The position numbers were made by a program, and so were the translations under genes. Below, one piece after another: positions 27,281 through 37,445 of a stretch of DNA of 64,000 nucleotides. Within the stretch, counting starts at the first letter, position 1. Every line of letters begins with the position of its first letter. The notes beneath the pieces are model-generated. The model ran no database searches, had not been told where the DNA came from, and saw only the letters and a program-made list of their open reading frames with translations. Location of the stretch: contig CBDCGC010000002.1 of the NCBI GenBank assembly GCA_965216585.1, forward strand, positions 342,459-406,458. Direction: 5' to 3'. The stretch comes from an uncultured Candidatus Binatia bacterium (GTDB lineage: Bacteria > Desulfobacterota > Binatia > HRBIN30 > CADEER01).

Positions 27281-27952
27281 TCAGAGTCGGAGCGTGTCTC
27301 TACGATCGACGTCGAGTAGGCTGCCGATCACTGCGTGCGCAATGTCTTCGGGCTGTAGGAAAGCCGAGCGGTCGACCTTCTTGTTGGGTGGGATGAAGTC
27401 GGTGTCGACGTAGCCGGGGTAGACGGTGATGACGCGTAGTGGTGTGTCGGCGAGCTCTTCGCGCAGGGATTCGCTGAAGCCGCGCAGGCCGGATTTGGCG
27501 GCGCTGTAGGCGGCCTCGCCGGGCCGGCCCTGCTTGGCGCTGGGGGAGAGGATCTGGACGATGGTTCCGGCACCGCGCTCGAGCATGTGTGGCAACAATG
27601 CGCGGGTCAGCAGCATCGGCGCCAGCAGGCAGGTGTCGAGTGTCCGCTGCCAGTCTTCAAGCCGCGTGTGTTGGACGGCGGTACGCGGTGTCGCCCAGCC
27701 GGCGTTGTTGACCAGGATCGACGCCGCTGCGCAGTGCTCGGCGGCGCGGAGCGTGGCGTCCCGGTCGGTCAGGTCGCAGACGATCGGCTCGGTTCTCGGC
27801 GTCTCCGCGGCAAGGCTGCGTAGCTGATCAGCGCTGCGCGCCAGGGCCCAGACGCTTGCTCCAGAGGCGGCTAGCTCGACGGCGACGGCTCTGCCGATGC
27901 CGCGGCTGGCGCCGGTGACCAGGGCTCGCTGACCGGACAACGGAGAGGCCAT
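27281..27952 (-). CDS. SDR oxidoreductase (C-terminus possibly shortened)
   Basis: TGASRGIG, NNAG, YSAAK, PGYVDT. Confidence 0.85.
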   Translation of the reverse strand: MASPLSGQRALVTGASRGIGRAVAVELAASGASVWALARSADQLRSLAAETPRTEPIVCDLTDRDATLRAAEHCAAASILVNNAGWATPRTAVQHTRLEDWQRTLDTCLLAPMLLTRALLPHMLERGAGTIVQILSPSAKQGRPGEAAYSAAKSGLRGFSESLREELADTPLRVITVYPGYVDTDFIPPNKKVDRSAFLQPEDIAHAVIGSLLDVDRRDTLRL

Positions 27953-27976
27953 GGCGGCTCTCGCTCGGGAGCGACG

Positions 27977-29161
27977 TTAGCGACAGACTCCGGTGCGCCG
28001 TGCCGCTTCGGCGACGGCTTTGGCGATTCCCTCGGCGACACCTTTGTCGAGCGGTTCGGGCAAGATGCGCTGCGGCGACGGCTCGATGACTTGCGCTGCC
28101 AGGGCCTGTGAGGCGGCGATCTTCATCTCGTCGTTGATCACCCGGGCGCGGGCGTCGAGGGCGCCGCGGAAGGTTCCGGGGAAGGCCAGGACGTTGTTGA
28201 TCTGGTTGGGAAAGTCGCTGCGCCCGGTGCCGATGACGGCGGCGCCGGCGGCCTGCGCCTCGGCGGGCATGATCTCGGGCACCGGATTGGCCATGGCGAG
28301 AATGATCGGATGCGGCTTCATCGAGCGCACCATGTCCTGGGTGACCAGGTCGGCCTGCGAGAGGCCGATGAACACGTCGGCACCGCGCAGCGCGTCGGCG
28401 AGCCCACCTCGGACGCCTTCGCGGTTGGTGACCTCGGCAAGCTGTGCCTTGTAGTCGTTGAGATCGGTCCGTTCCTTGTGGACGATGCCTTTCGAGTCGC
28501 AGAGAACGATGTCGCCGACTTCGTTGGTGTGACCGCTCTTGCCGGCGCTGAGGATCAGCTTGGTACAGGCGATCGCCGACGCCCCCGAGCCGTTGAAGAC
28601 GATCTTGCACTCGGCAATGTCTTTGCCGGCGACTTTGAGAGCATTGAGCAGGGCGGCGTGGGTGACGATGGCGGTGCCGTGCTGGTCGTCGTGGAAGACC
28701 GGAATGCCGAGGTCGAGTAATTGCGCTTCGACTTCGAAGCAACGCGGCGCCGAAATGTCCTCGAGATTGATGCCGCCGAAAACGGGAGCGATGGCGCGCA
28801 CGGTGCGGACGATCTCATCGACGTCCTGCGTGTCCAGGCAGATCGGGAATCCGTCGATGTCGGCAAAGGCCTTGAAGAGGATTGCTTTTCCTTCCATCAC
28901 CGGGATCGAAGCCGCGGCGCCGAGGTTGCCGAGGCCGAGAATCGCCGAGCCGTCGGAGACGATGGCGACCGTGTTGCGTTTGATGGTCAGGTCGAAAACG
29001 CGCTGCGGATCCTCGTGGATGGCAGTGCAGACCGCAGCGACACCAGGCGTGTAGGCGGTGCTTAGATCGTCGCGTGATTTCAGCGCGACCTTGCTTTCGA
29101 CGACCAGCTTGCCATGCAGGCGTTCGTGCATGGCGATCGACTTGCGATCGAAGTCACTCAT
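27977..29161 (-). CDS. NAD(P)-dependent malic enzyme (short form, no PTA domain)
   Basis: YTPGVA, PVMEGK, NLEDI, DDQHGTA, NNVLAFPG. Confidence 0.93.
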   Translation of the reverse strand: MSDFDRKSIAMHERLHGKLVVESKVALKSRDDLSTAYTPGVAAVCTAIHEDPQRVFDLTIKRNTVAIVSDGSAILGLGNLGAAASIPVMEGKAILFKAFADIDGFPICLDTQDVDEIVRTVRAIAPVFGGINLEDISAPRCFEVEAQLLDLGIPVFHDDQHGTAIVTHAALLNALKVAGKDIAECKIVFNGSGASAIACTKLILSAGKSGHTNEVGDIVLCDSKGIVHKERTDLNDYKAQLAEVTNREGVRGGLADALRGADVFIGLSQADLVTQDMVRSMKPHPIILAMANPVPEIMPAEAQAAGAAVIGTGRSDFPNQINNVLAFPGTFRGALDARARVINDEMKIAASQALAAQVIEPSPQRILPEPLDKGVAEGIAKAVAEAARRTGVCR

Positions 29162-29243
29162 GTCGGGGCGCAGTCTCGAGCGGTCCTGTTCGGAGGGATC
29201 GGGGTTTGAACGCGGCAGAGCTCGGCGCGCCAGCTAGTCAGAA

Positions 29244-30473
29244 TCAGGTTCCGACGATAAAGCAGCAGCTCGTCGTGCCACTGCCGCCGATGTTGAGCGT
29301 GGCGACGGTCTTGGCACCGTCGACCTGGTAGTCGCCGGCGTTCTCGCCCACCTGCTTGTAGGCGTCGAGGATCTGCCGGCAACCGGTGGCACCGACCGGA
29401 TGGCCGGCACCGATCAGGCCGCCGCTCGGATTGATCGGCGTCGCGCCGCCGATCTCGATGGTGCCGTCTTCGACCGCTTTCCAGGATTCGCCCGGCTTGG
29501 TCAGGCCGAAGTGGTCGATTGCCATGTACTCCGACGTCGTGAAGCAGTCGTGCGTCTCGATGGCGTCGACGTCTTTGACGCCGCTCAGGTTGGCGCGCTC
29601 GAAGGCGTCGAGGATGGCCTGGCGGGTGTGCGGCAGGACGTATTCGTCGTTGGCGCTTTCGGCGACCTTGGTGGTGAACTCAATCGGCGCCGTGCGATGT
29701 CCCCAGCCGAGGATGCGCGGCAGCGAATCGACTTTGATGCCGCGCTTCTTGGCGTAGGCTTCGGCGCCTTTTTGTGAAGCGAGAAAGATGGAGACGGCAC
29801 CGTCGGTCACCTGCGAGCAGTCGGAGACTTTGATGCGCCCGCCGATCACCGAGTTGAACTTGTCGGTGGCGTTGGCGTGATCCTCGGTCATGTACCAGGT
29901 GCGCGTCTGCGCCAGCGGATTGCGCTTGGCGTTCGAATAGTTGACGGCCGAGATATGGGCCAGGTGTTCTTCTTTGAGACCAAAGCGCTTGTCGTACTCG
30001 TCGCCCAGTCGGCCGAAGAGCTTGGGGAAGGGGAACTCGACGCCCTCGGCTTCGCGCTCGTACCAAGCGGCCGTGCCGAGGTAGTCGCCACCGGTCTTGG
30101 GGTCGACGGTCTTCATCTGTTCGACGCCGACGACCATCGCGGTGTCGTAGCGACCGGCTTCGATCTCAGCCGAGGCGGCGAGCACGGCGATGCTGCCCGA
30201 TGCGCAGGCGGCTTCGTGACGCGCCGTCGGCAGACCGGAAAAGGCCGGATCGGCGTCGACCAGGAAGGCGCCGAGATGGCCCTGCATCGAGTAGAGCTCG
30301 GCAGCGAAGTTGCCGACGTGACCGACCTCGACGTCGGCCGGATCGATCTCGGTTGCGGCGAGACCGCCGCGCACGGCCTCGCGAATCATGGCCATGATGT
30401 GTTTGTTCTCCTTGGTCCAGTTGCGCGCGAAGTCTGTCTGATATCCACCAAGGACGTAAACCGGTGCGGCCAT
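29244..30473 (-). CDS. Acetyl-CoA acetyltransferase (SCP2-type thiolase)
   Basis: EAACASGS, HDCFT, NPSGG...GHPVGATG. Confidence 0.92.
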   Translation of the reverse strand: MAAPVYVLGGYQTDFARNWTKENKHIMAMIREAVRGGLAATEIDPADVEVGHVGNFAAELYSMQGHLGAFLVDADPAFSGLPTARHEAACASGSIAVLAASAEIEAGRYDTAMVVGVEQMKTVDPKTGGDYLGTAAWYEREAEGVEFPFPKLFGRLGDEYDKRFGLKEEHLAHISAVNYSNAKRNPLAQTRTWYMTEDHANATDKFNSVIGGRIKVSDCSQVTDGAVSIFLASQKGAEAYAKKRGIKVDSLPRILGWGHRTAPIEFTTKVAESANDEYVLPHTRQAILDAFERANLSGVKDVDAIETHDCFTTSEYMAIDHFGLTKPGESWKAVEDGTIEIGGATPINPSGGLIGAGHPVGATGCRQILDAYKQVGENAGDYQVDGAKTVATLNIGGSGTTSCCFIVGT

Positions 30474-30636
30474 GCCTTCCTCCGTATCTTCGCCAGAATG
30501 AGAATTCAGCGTATCATTGGCGTTTCACCCTCGGCAACCCGGGGCGTACGGCGTGGGCAGGAAGGGATTCGAGCAGGCCACGCGGCTCGCTGCGAGGCGC
30601 CCCGAGTTTCGGCAGTGGTCGTTGGGCGGGCCGGCC

Positions 30637-31944
30637 TCAGCCGGAGAAGAACCGTCCGACGTTGACGTTGGCCTCGCGGAAGAGCGGTGCGTCGCCGCTG
30701 GCGTCGGCGAGGACCTTGGGGACGGCGAGTCCGCATTTCTCGATCTGCGCGATGGTCTCGTTGACGCCGATGACGTCGGCGAGGACCGTCGGCGGCGCCC
30801 AGTTGAAACCGAAGCCCATGATGCGGTCGACGTCGCGGGCTTCCTTGACGACCTCACCCTGGCCGACGCGGTTGAGGGCGTAGGAGACGTAGCCGAAGAT
30901 GACCTTGCGGGCGAGGTCGGCTTCTTTGCCCTTCGCCGTGATGAAGAGCTTCATCGCTTCGCCGTAGCGACCGACGCGGTGCAGTTTGCACATGTCCTCG
31001 ATGAAATCGACCGGCTCGACCTTGCACTCGGCCGGCGCCAGGTACTCGCCGCTGGCCGGGTCGAGCGTGTAGCGGACGTTCTTGCCGTTTTCTTTGGCGC
31101 GGCGAAAGAATCCGCCCTTGCCGGCGGTCTTGTTGCCGAGATGGCCGTCGGCGATGAGCTTGTCGACATAGGCGGGCAGGGCGAAGGAGTCGTGTGCTTC
31201 GTCCTTGGTGTTGGCGTGCACGTTGTCGACGATCGCCTTGTGGACGTCGAGACCGACCAGGTCGACGGTGGCCAGCGGCGGCATGGCGCGGCCGGTGTAG
31301 GGTCCGACGATGTAGTCCATCGTCGCAATGCCGTGCTCGGCGGCGAGCTGGGCGACTTCGTTGAGAACCTTGAAGCCGACGCGGTTGCCGGCAAAGGCGG
31401 GCAGGTCGCGGCAGACGGTGACGACGCGGCCGAAGCGGCTCTCCAACATGTCGACGATCGGATCGACCAGGGCCGGATCGGTGCCGACGTGCGGGATGAC
31501 CTCGGTGCCGACGATGACGTTGGGTGGGTTGAAGAGGTGGATGCCGAGAAAGTGCTTGGCAAAGCCGTCGTCGCCGGCCTTCGCCATCTCGGTGATCGAG
31601 AGCCCGGAAGAGACCGTACCGACGATCGAATCGGGCTGCCGCGCCTTGGTGACGCGGGCGAAGAATTCTTTCTTGATGTCGAGATCCTCGGCCAGTGCCT
31701 CGAAGATCAGATCGGCCTCGGCGACCGACTTCTCGAGGTCGGCGTCGTAGCTGCCGACGCTCATCAAGCTGCCGATGGTCGCCGACTTGGCCATCCCCTG
31801 GGCCGACTCGAGACCGGCGCGTGCCTTGTCTGCCGTGCGCGCCAGCAATGTCACCTGGCAGCCGCCGGCGGCAAAGACCTCGGCGCTACCGGCGCCCATG
31901 GTCCCGTTGGCGCCGAGAACCACAACCTTGTTGATGTCTCTCAT
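30637..31944 (-). CDS. 3-hydroxyacyl-CoA dehydrogenase family protein
   Basis: GANGTMG, EALAE, HLFNPP, FAGNR, DLVGLD; AAGGAG RBS. Confidence 0.9.
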   Translation of the reverse strand: MRDINKVVVLGANGTMGAGSAEVFAAGGCQVTLLARTADKARAGLESAQGMAKSATIGSLMSVGSYDADLEKSVAEADLIFEALAEDLDIKKEFFARVTKARQPDSIVGTVSSGLSITEMAKAGDDGFAKHFLGIHLFNPPNVIVGTEVIPHVGTDPALVDPIVDMLESRFGRVVTVCRDLPAFAGNRVGFKVLNEVAQLAAEHGIATMDYIVGPYTGRAMPPLATVDLVGLDVHKAIVDNVHANTKDEAHDSFALPAYVDKLIADGHLGNKTAGKGGFFRRAKENGKNVRYTLDPASGEYLAPAECKVEPVDFIEDMCKLHRVGRYGEAMKLFITAKGKEADLARKVIFGYVSYALNRVGQGEVVKEARDVDRIMGFGFNWAPPTVLADVIGVNETIAQIEKCGLAVPKVLADASGDAPLFREANVNVGRFFSG

Positions 31945-32044
31945 CGACTGCTCCTTCCGCCCGCCCGGGGCGCGACGTGAACCGTCGTCAGTCGCATTTT
32001 TGGCCAGCCAAGACAACCCTCAGCCCGCGCCGCGCCGGCCGCCG

Positions 32045-32404
32045 TCAGCGCTCGTCGCGCTCGCTCTGGCAGTCGATGCAGAGGGCAGCTTCCGGGCGTA
32101 CCTGCAGTCGGGCAAAGCCGATTTCCTCCTCACAGGTGAGGCAGGTGCCGTAGCGGCCGGCGTCGAGTCGGCGCAGAGCGGCATCGACCTGGGCCAGGCG
32201 CAGCTCGCAGGCCCGCCGGTTGGCGGCGGCCATGTGTTGCTGCTGCATGGCGTCCATGCGCGACAGACGACCGATCGGTTCATCGAGATCGACCGGCTTG
32301 CTCGCCTGCTCGCCGGCCGCCAGCGAGGCCTTCAGATCGGAGTGCAAGCCGCTCAGGTGCGAGCGCAGGACGCGGCGTTCTTCTTCGCCGAGAGGTTCCA
32401 GCAT
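32045..32404 (-). CDS. TraR/DksA C4 zinc-finger protein
   Basis: GRLSRMDAMQQQ, YGTCLTC...RL..RP...LCIDC. Confidence 0.9.
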   Translation of the reverse strand: MLEPLGEEERRVLRSHLSGLHSDLKASLAAGEQASKPVDLDEPIGRLSRMDAMQQQHMAAANRRACELRLAQVDAALRRLDAGRYGTCLTCEEEIGFARLQVRPEAALCIDCQSERDER

Positions 32405-32416
32405 GAGACGAGTGTC

Positions 32417-33659
32417 TCAGGGAAGGGACAACGCCCAGTCGAAACGCACGGCCAGGGCATCGTGATCGCTGAGCGGGCCGCCCATGCCGTCGACGAAGAC
32501 CGAGGTTTCGAAATTCCACGAGGTCGGCGTGAGGACGACGTCGCCGCTGCTGCGAAAGAGGAACTTGTCGATTCTGCCCGGTTCGGGACAGCTCAAGGTG
32601 GCGCAAACGTCGACAAGTCCGGTTTCCGACAGCAGTCGCTGAAATTGCGTCGAGTCGGGTTCGCCGTCGGTGTGCAGATTGAAGTCGCCGCCGACGATGA
32701 CGGCGCGACCCGGGGAGACGCTGTTGATGAAGGTCGAGAGCTGGGTCACTGCGGCGTCGCGCAGCGCGTCGTCTTCCGGATCTCCACCCGCTTCCATGTG
32801 GAGATTGTATACGTCGACGGTGAAGCCGGCGGTGAGCGTCGTGCGGGCGAAGGAGAAGCCCTTTAGGGAGAGGCAGTCGGCGGCGCTGTCGTGGCAGTCG
32901 CTCCAGCGTTCGCGATAGACGTCGTCGGCAAACGGCAAGATCGACATGCGGTTGAGGCCGTCGCTGACGAAAGCGCTCGGCCGCTCGGGGTCGGAGCCGA
33001 GGGGCAACGGTGCCGAAATCGATTTGTACGGATGCAGGGCGTCGGCGACCAGGAGCTCGTGATAGACGCGCGTCGGCGCGAGCGGGTTCACCTCGGGGGT
33101 TTGCCAGCTCTCCTGCACGAGGACGAGATCGTAGCCGTTGAGCAGCGGGCTGATGAGGGGTGTGTTGACCGCGGGGTTCGAGCCGGAAAGAAAGTCGGGC
33201 AGCCCGGCGACGTTGTAGGAAAGCGCCAGGAAGGTACCCGAAGTCACCTGCGGCAGGACCTCTTTGGCGGACGGTACGCAGAGCAGCTTGGGCTTCTGTA
33301 CTTCGAGATCGAGTGTGCCGAGCTGATCGACGATTTGCACCGACGGTCGCGCTTCTCTGTCGAGCTTGGGACCGCGGGTCTTGTAGCAGACCAGGTGATC
33401 GAGCTCGCTTTGCGGATTCTCTCCCGGCGGTGCGGTCGGATTGCAGATCAGGAAGGGTTTTGTGACGAGAAAGTCGCCGTCGTTGATGGCGAATTGATCG
33501 GCTAGGGAAACCGTCGTCTTGACGAAGCGCGGAGTCTTCAAGTCTTTGACCTTGTAGCACTTGTAGTCGTCGAGGGCTCCAGCAGGCGTGGCTGCGCAGA
33601 GCAGGGCTGAGATCCAAAGCAGCGACGCCAGGTGTGGTTCTTGCGGGAACGAGCGCATG
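32417..33659 (-). CDS. Secreted endonuclease/exonuclease/phosphatase (EEP) protein with two N-terminal Cys repeats
   Basis: Signal peptide; YNVAGLP, VQE, NLHM, GDFN, IDK, SDH; start approximate. Confidence 0.85.
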
Positions 33660-33748
33660 CGCCAACCATAGCGCAATCCTCGTAGGGTCGGTCAAACGGC
33701 CGGGAGGGGGGCTTGCCCCGTTCGCTGCAGCGGGGATAGGGTTTTTCC

Positions 33749-35701
33749 ATGTCCGAACGCAGAGCACCGTGGTTGATGCGGACGTACGCGGGGCACAGCG
33801 ATCCGCTTGCCGCCAACGAGCTGTTTCGAACCAATCTGGCCAAGGGGCAGACGGGCTTGAGCGTCGCCTTCGATCTGCCGACGCAGACCGGCTACGACTC
33901 CGACCATGCGATGGCGGCGGGGGAGGTCGGCAAGGTCGGCGTGCCGATCTGTCACATCGGCGACATGGAGGCTCTCTTCGATCAGATTCCGCTGGCGGAG
34001 ATGAACACGTCGATGACGATCAACGCGCCGGCGCCGTGGATGTTGGCTCTCTACGTCGCCACGGCCGAACGCCAGGGCGCCGATGCGCGGGGTCTGCGCG
34101 GGACGACGCAGAACGACGTGATCAAGGAATTCTTGTCGCGCGGTACCTACATCTTTCCACCCGAACCGTCGTTGCGGCTGACTGCCGACACGATCGAGTA
34201 CACGGTCGGCAACATTCCCCGGTGGAACCCGATGAACGTCTGCTCCTACCACCTCCAGGAGGCGGGAGCGACGCCGGTGCAGGAGATCGCCTTTTCCCTG
34301 GCCAATGCGTTCGCCGTGCTCGATGCGGTGAAGAGTCGGCCGGGTGTACCGATCGACGACGTCGCCGGCCGACTGTCGTTCTTCGTCAACGCCGGCATTC
34401 GCTTCATCGAAGAGATTTGCAAGCTCAAAGTCATGACCCGTCTCTGGGACCGACTGACGCGCGAGCGCTACGGCGTCGAAGACGCCAAGAAGCGGCGCTT
34501 TCGCTACGGGGTTCAGGTCAACTCCCTCGGCCTCACTGCTCAGCAGCCGGAGAACAACGTCCAGCGCATCGTTCTCGAAATGCTGGCGGTGACGCTGGCG
34601 AAAGAAGCGCGCGCGCGCTCGGTGCAACTGCCGGCGTGGAACGAAGCCCTCGGTCTGCCGCGGCCCTGGGATCAGCAGTGGTCGTTGCGCATTCAACAGG
34701 TGTTGGCATTCGAAACCGATCTGCTCGAATACGACACCGACATCTTCGCCGGCTCGCGCGTCATCGAAGAGAAGGTGGCGGCGCTCGAGACGGCGACGCT
34801 CACCGAGCTCGATCGCATCGAAGGTCTCGGTGGTGCGGCGCAGGCGATCGACGAAATGAAACAGGCACTGGTGGCGTCGCACGCCACGCGCCAGCGCAAG
34901 ATCGAGGCGGGTGAGATCACGGTGGTCGGCGTCAACGCTTTCGAGGAGCACGAACCGTCGCCGCTGGTTGCCGGGGGTCTGGACAGCATCGTCACGGTCG
35001 ACCCCGCGTCGGCGCGCGGCCAGATCGAACGCCTGCGCGCTTTTCGCGCCGCGCGCAATCAGGCCGACGTCGATGCGGCCCTGCGCGATCTCGCAGCGGC
35101 GGCGCGCGATGGTTCGAACATCATGCCGGTGTCGATCGCCGCCGCCAGAGCGGGCGTCACCACCGGCGAGTGGACCGACACCCTGCGCGAGATCTTCGGT
35201 GAGTTTCGCGCCCCGACCGGGGTGCAGGGTGTCGCAGCGCCGGCGCGCAGCGACGCTTTGAGCGAGCTGCAGGCGCGCACCAAGAAAGCGGCCGAACGGG
35301 TCGGTCACCCGCTGCGCCTGTTGGTCGGCAAGCCGGGGCTGGACGGCCATTCGAACGGTGCCGAACAAGTGGCGGTGCGCGCCAAGGACGCCGGCTTCGA
35401 GGTCGTCTATCAGGGGATTCGCCTCACCCCCGAGCAGATCGTCGCCTCGGCGCTGGAGGAAGACGTCGACGCCATCGGCCTGTCGATCCACTCCGGCTCG
35501 CACATGACGCTGGTGCCGCGCATCACCGACCTGCTGCGCGAGAAAGGGGCGGACGTTCCCGTCGTCGTCGGCGGCATCATTCCCGACGCCGACCGCACGG
35601 CGCTGCTGGCGCGCGGCGTCGCCCGCATCTACACGCCGGGCGAGTCGACGCTGAGTGAGATCGTCGGCGATCTGGCCGAGCTGATCGGCGAACGTGCGTA
35701 G
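33749..35701 (+). CDS. meaA: B12-dependent ethylmalonyl-CoA mutase (protein MeaA/Ecm)
   Basis: PWLMRTYAGHS, AFDLPTQTGYD, RFRYGVQVNSLGLT, GKPGLDGHSNGAEQ B12-binding domain. Confidence 0.92.
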   Translation: MSERRAPWLMRTYAGHSDPLAANELFRTNLAKGQTGLSVAFDLPTQTGYDSDHAMAAGEVGKVGVPICHIGDMEALFDQIPLAEMNTSMTINAPAPWMLALYVATAERQGADARGLRGTTQNDVIKEFLSRGTYIFPPEPSLRLTADTIEYTVGNIPRWNPMNVCSYHLQEAGATPVQEIAFSLANAFAVLDAVKSRPGVPIDDVAGRLSFFVNAGIRFIEEICKLKVMTRLWDRLTRERYGVEDAKKRRFRYGVQVNSLGLTAQQPENNVQRIVLEMLAVTLAKEARARSVQLPAWNEALGLPRPWDQQWSLRIQQVLAFETDLLEYDTDIFAGSRVIEEKVAALETATLTELDRIEGLGGAAQAIDEMKQALVASHATRQRKIEAGEITVVGVNAFEEHEPSPLVAGGLDSIVTVDPASARGQIERLRAFRAARNQADVDAALRDLAAAARDGSNIMPVSIAAARAGVTTGEWTDTLREIFGEFRAPTGVQGVAAPARSDALSELQARTKKAAERVGHPLRLLVGKPGLDGHSNGAEQVAVRAKDAGFEVVYQGIRLTPEQIVASALEEDVDAIGLSIHSGSHMTLVPRITDLLREKGADVPVVVGGIIPDADRTALLARGVARIYTPGESTLSEIVGDLAELIGERA

Positions 35702-35766
35702 CGCGAAGAAGTCTCAGATCTACCCCGTTGCCCTTTGCCTGTCGCTTGTCTCGAGCGAGTGCCAGA

Positions 35767-36558
35767 TCAAAACCCAAGAAATCCACCGAATAGGCCGGCA
35801 ACTAATGTGCAGACCGCTAGCACCACAGCCCAAAATTGCATATTGGAAGTCTTGCGAAGTTCAGTCAGTTGCTGTTTCTGCAGTTCATTGCTAGCGCCTT
35901 GTAGTGAGGCAGCGTAGTTCGAAAGAGTATTTCGCGCATTATCTATTTGACAATCGTAGTCCAATAGTCGTTTGATCCGATTAACGCAGGCAATTCCTGT
36001 GTGGGTGGTCAGGTACGAGCGGACCAATGCGCTCATGTCCTCGTTCGTTGCGTTCAGGCGGGCGCGCGCTAGGAAGGATGTAAATTTGCGAAGGGTCTCC
36101 GGGTCAAGGTCGCCCATTTTTGCGAGTTGCTTATTGATTTGGAGTCCAGCGATGTCGCCTCGAGTTTTTATCTGTTCCACAAATCGTCGCGTAGCTCGGA
36201 ATGACGCGATAATTGCCTGAAGCGAGAAGAGTACGGTTTCGACGACACCAAGGTGAAACCCGATAGCATCCCGTCCTTCAAGTTTAAGGCAACTCCAACC
36301 GCGGCGACCAATGAAAACTATGCTTGGTCCAGGGTGATAGATGTTCCTCCGCGGTTCTTCAGTCCAATACTGTTGAAGGCTCGTAAACGAATCCAGAAAA
36401 ACCGGAGTGGTTCGTGCTGTGGCAATTGCGAAACGGAGAAGCCGGCGGCTAGCAACCATTTCTTGGTCTGTTCCCAGTCCCTTCTTGGGGATACGCCATT
36501 CCCCGGAAGGCATTGGTTTCTCAAGAACGTCGGAACGGATGTTCCCGCCGTCGTCCAT
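35767..36558 (-). CDS. Low-GC hypothetical protein with coiled coil and C-terminal TM (possibly the 3' half of a frameshifted gene)
   Basis: ATG overlaps the upstream TAA (TAATG at 36560-36556); frame is open from 36729; C-terminal QFWAVVLAVCTLVAGLFGGFLGF. Confidence 0.55.
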   Translation of the reverse strand: MDDGGNIRSDVLEKPMPSGEWRIPKKGLGTDQEMVASRRLLRFAIATARTTPVFLDSFTSLQQYWTEEPRRNIYHPGPSIVFIGRRGWSCLKLEGRDAIGFHLGVVETVLFSLQAIIASFRATRRFVEQIKTRGDIAGLQINKQLAKMGDLDPETLRKFTSFLARARLNATNEDMSALVRSYLTTHTGIACVNRIKRLLDYDCQIDNARNTLSNYAASLQGASNELQKQQLTELRKTSNMQFWAVVLAVCTLVAGLFGGFLGF

Positions 36559-37445
36559 TAGGTCGACAATAGTTCCCAGATACGGTCGACTTCTTTGGAG
36601 ACGGTGAAGTATGCATCCAAACGAACTCGGTTGAGTGCGGTCGACCGGGAACTTGTCCACGAGTGTTGTATTAGATCCAGCCTGTTGCTGGGCGACTGGT
36701 ATGTCAGCGTCCCACGAATCAGGGTTTCCCTATCAATCGTCTGCCCCGGCCAGATTCCTTGATCTCTAGGGGTGATCGTTGCCGTTGCTTTGAAGGTTGT
36801 TGGACCTGTCGGATCTGTGGCCCCCGCCTCGTGAACGTGAAGGCGCCGTGGAATTCCACCGTCTATATGAGTCGCAGTTATTTCTATTTGATTGAGGTAC
36901 AGCGCGAGCTTTGGCTCGATTTTCGATTTTACGATGGAATCAACGAGCGCAACAAGTGCTCCCGTGTCAGAATGACTAGGGAGGCGTTCCGGTCTTTGAA
37001 TCAGTGCCAGGTACTGATCATCGAACAGTTCAGTTTTGTTACGCACTCTGACCGTAACGGCGATTATTCCATTCTCGAAGAGAGTGCACTCGAGGAAGTT
37101 GTAACTCTCCACTGCATGATTCGTGATGAAAGGAGCTGTTGGAAACTCAAACTTGAATTGGAACGATTCACCGCCACGGTGTGGATCAACGTAGTTTATT
37201 GAAAAGTCCTGCTCGTTATCGATAGTGGAAACGCTTCCATGAAAATGCGCTCGTACCCAGCGCGCAACAAACTGATCGCTAAAGTAGAACATGCTGAGTT
37301 CGGAGAGTTCGACCCGTCGCCATTCGAACCCTGTTCCGATTGGTAGAGTGTTGCTCACGGAAATGATCCGCGCCTTCAAATCGTAGAAAAAGACAAAGTG
37401 TGCCTCTACGGACGCGACTGTAAGACGAATCGGGTCAGTTTCCAT
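36558..37445 (-). CDS. Low-GC hypothetical protein (possibly the 5' half of a frameshifted gene)
   Basis: About 295-codon ORF in AT-richer DNA directly behind a clear promoter. Confidence 0.65.
   Translation of the reverse strand: METDPIRLTVASVEAHFVFFYDLKARIISVSNTLPIGTGFEWRRVELSELSMFYFSDQFVARWVRAHFHGSVSTIDNEQDFSINYVDPHRGGESFQFKFEFPTAPFITNHAVESYNFLECTLFENGIIAVTVRVRNKTELFDDQYLALIQRPERLPSHSDTGALVALVDSIVKSKIEPKLALYLNQIEITATHIDGGIPRRLHVHEAGATDPTGPTTFKATATITPRDQGIWPGQTIDRETLIRGTLTYQSPSNRLDLIQHSWTSSRSTALNRVRLDAYFTVSKEVDRIWELLST

Noticed and set aside
36723-36732. GGGAAAC slippery heptamer as a programmed -1 frameshift site
   Set aside because: In ORF A's frame it reads AGG GAA ACC, not the required X XXY YYZ phase.
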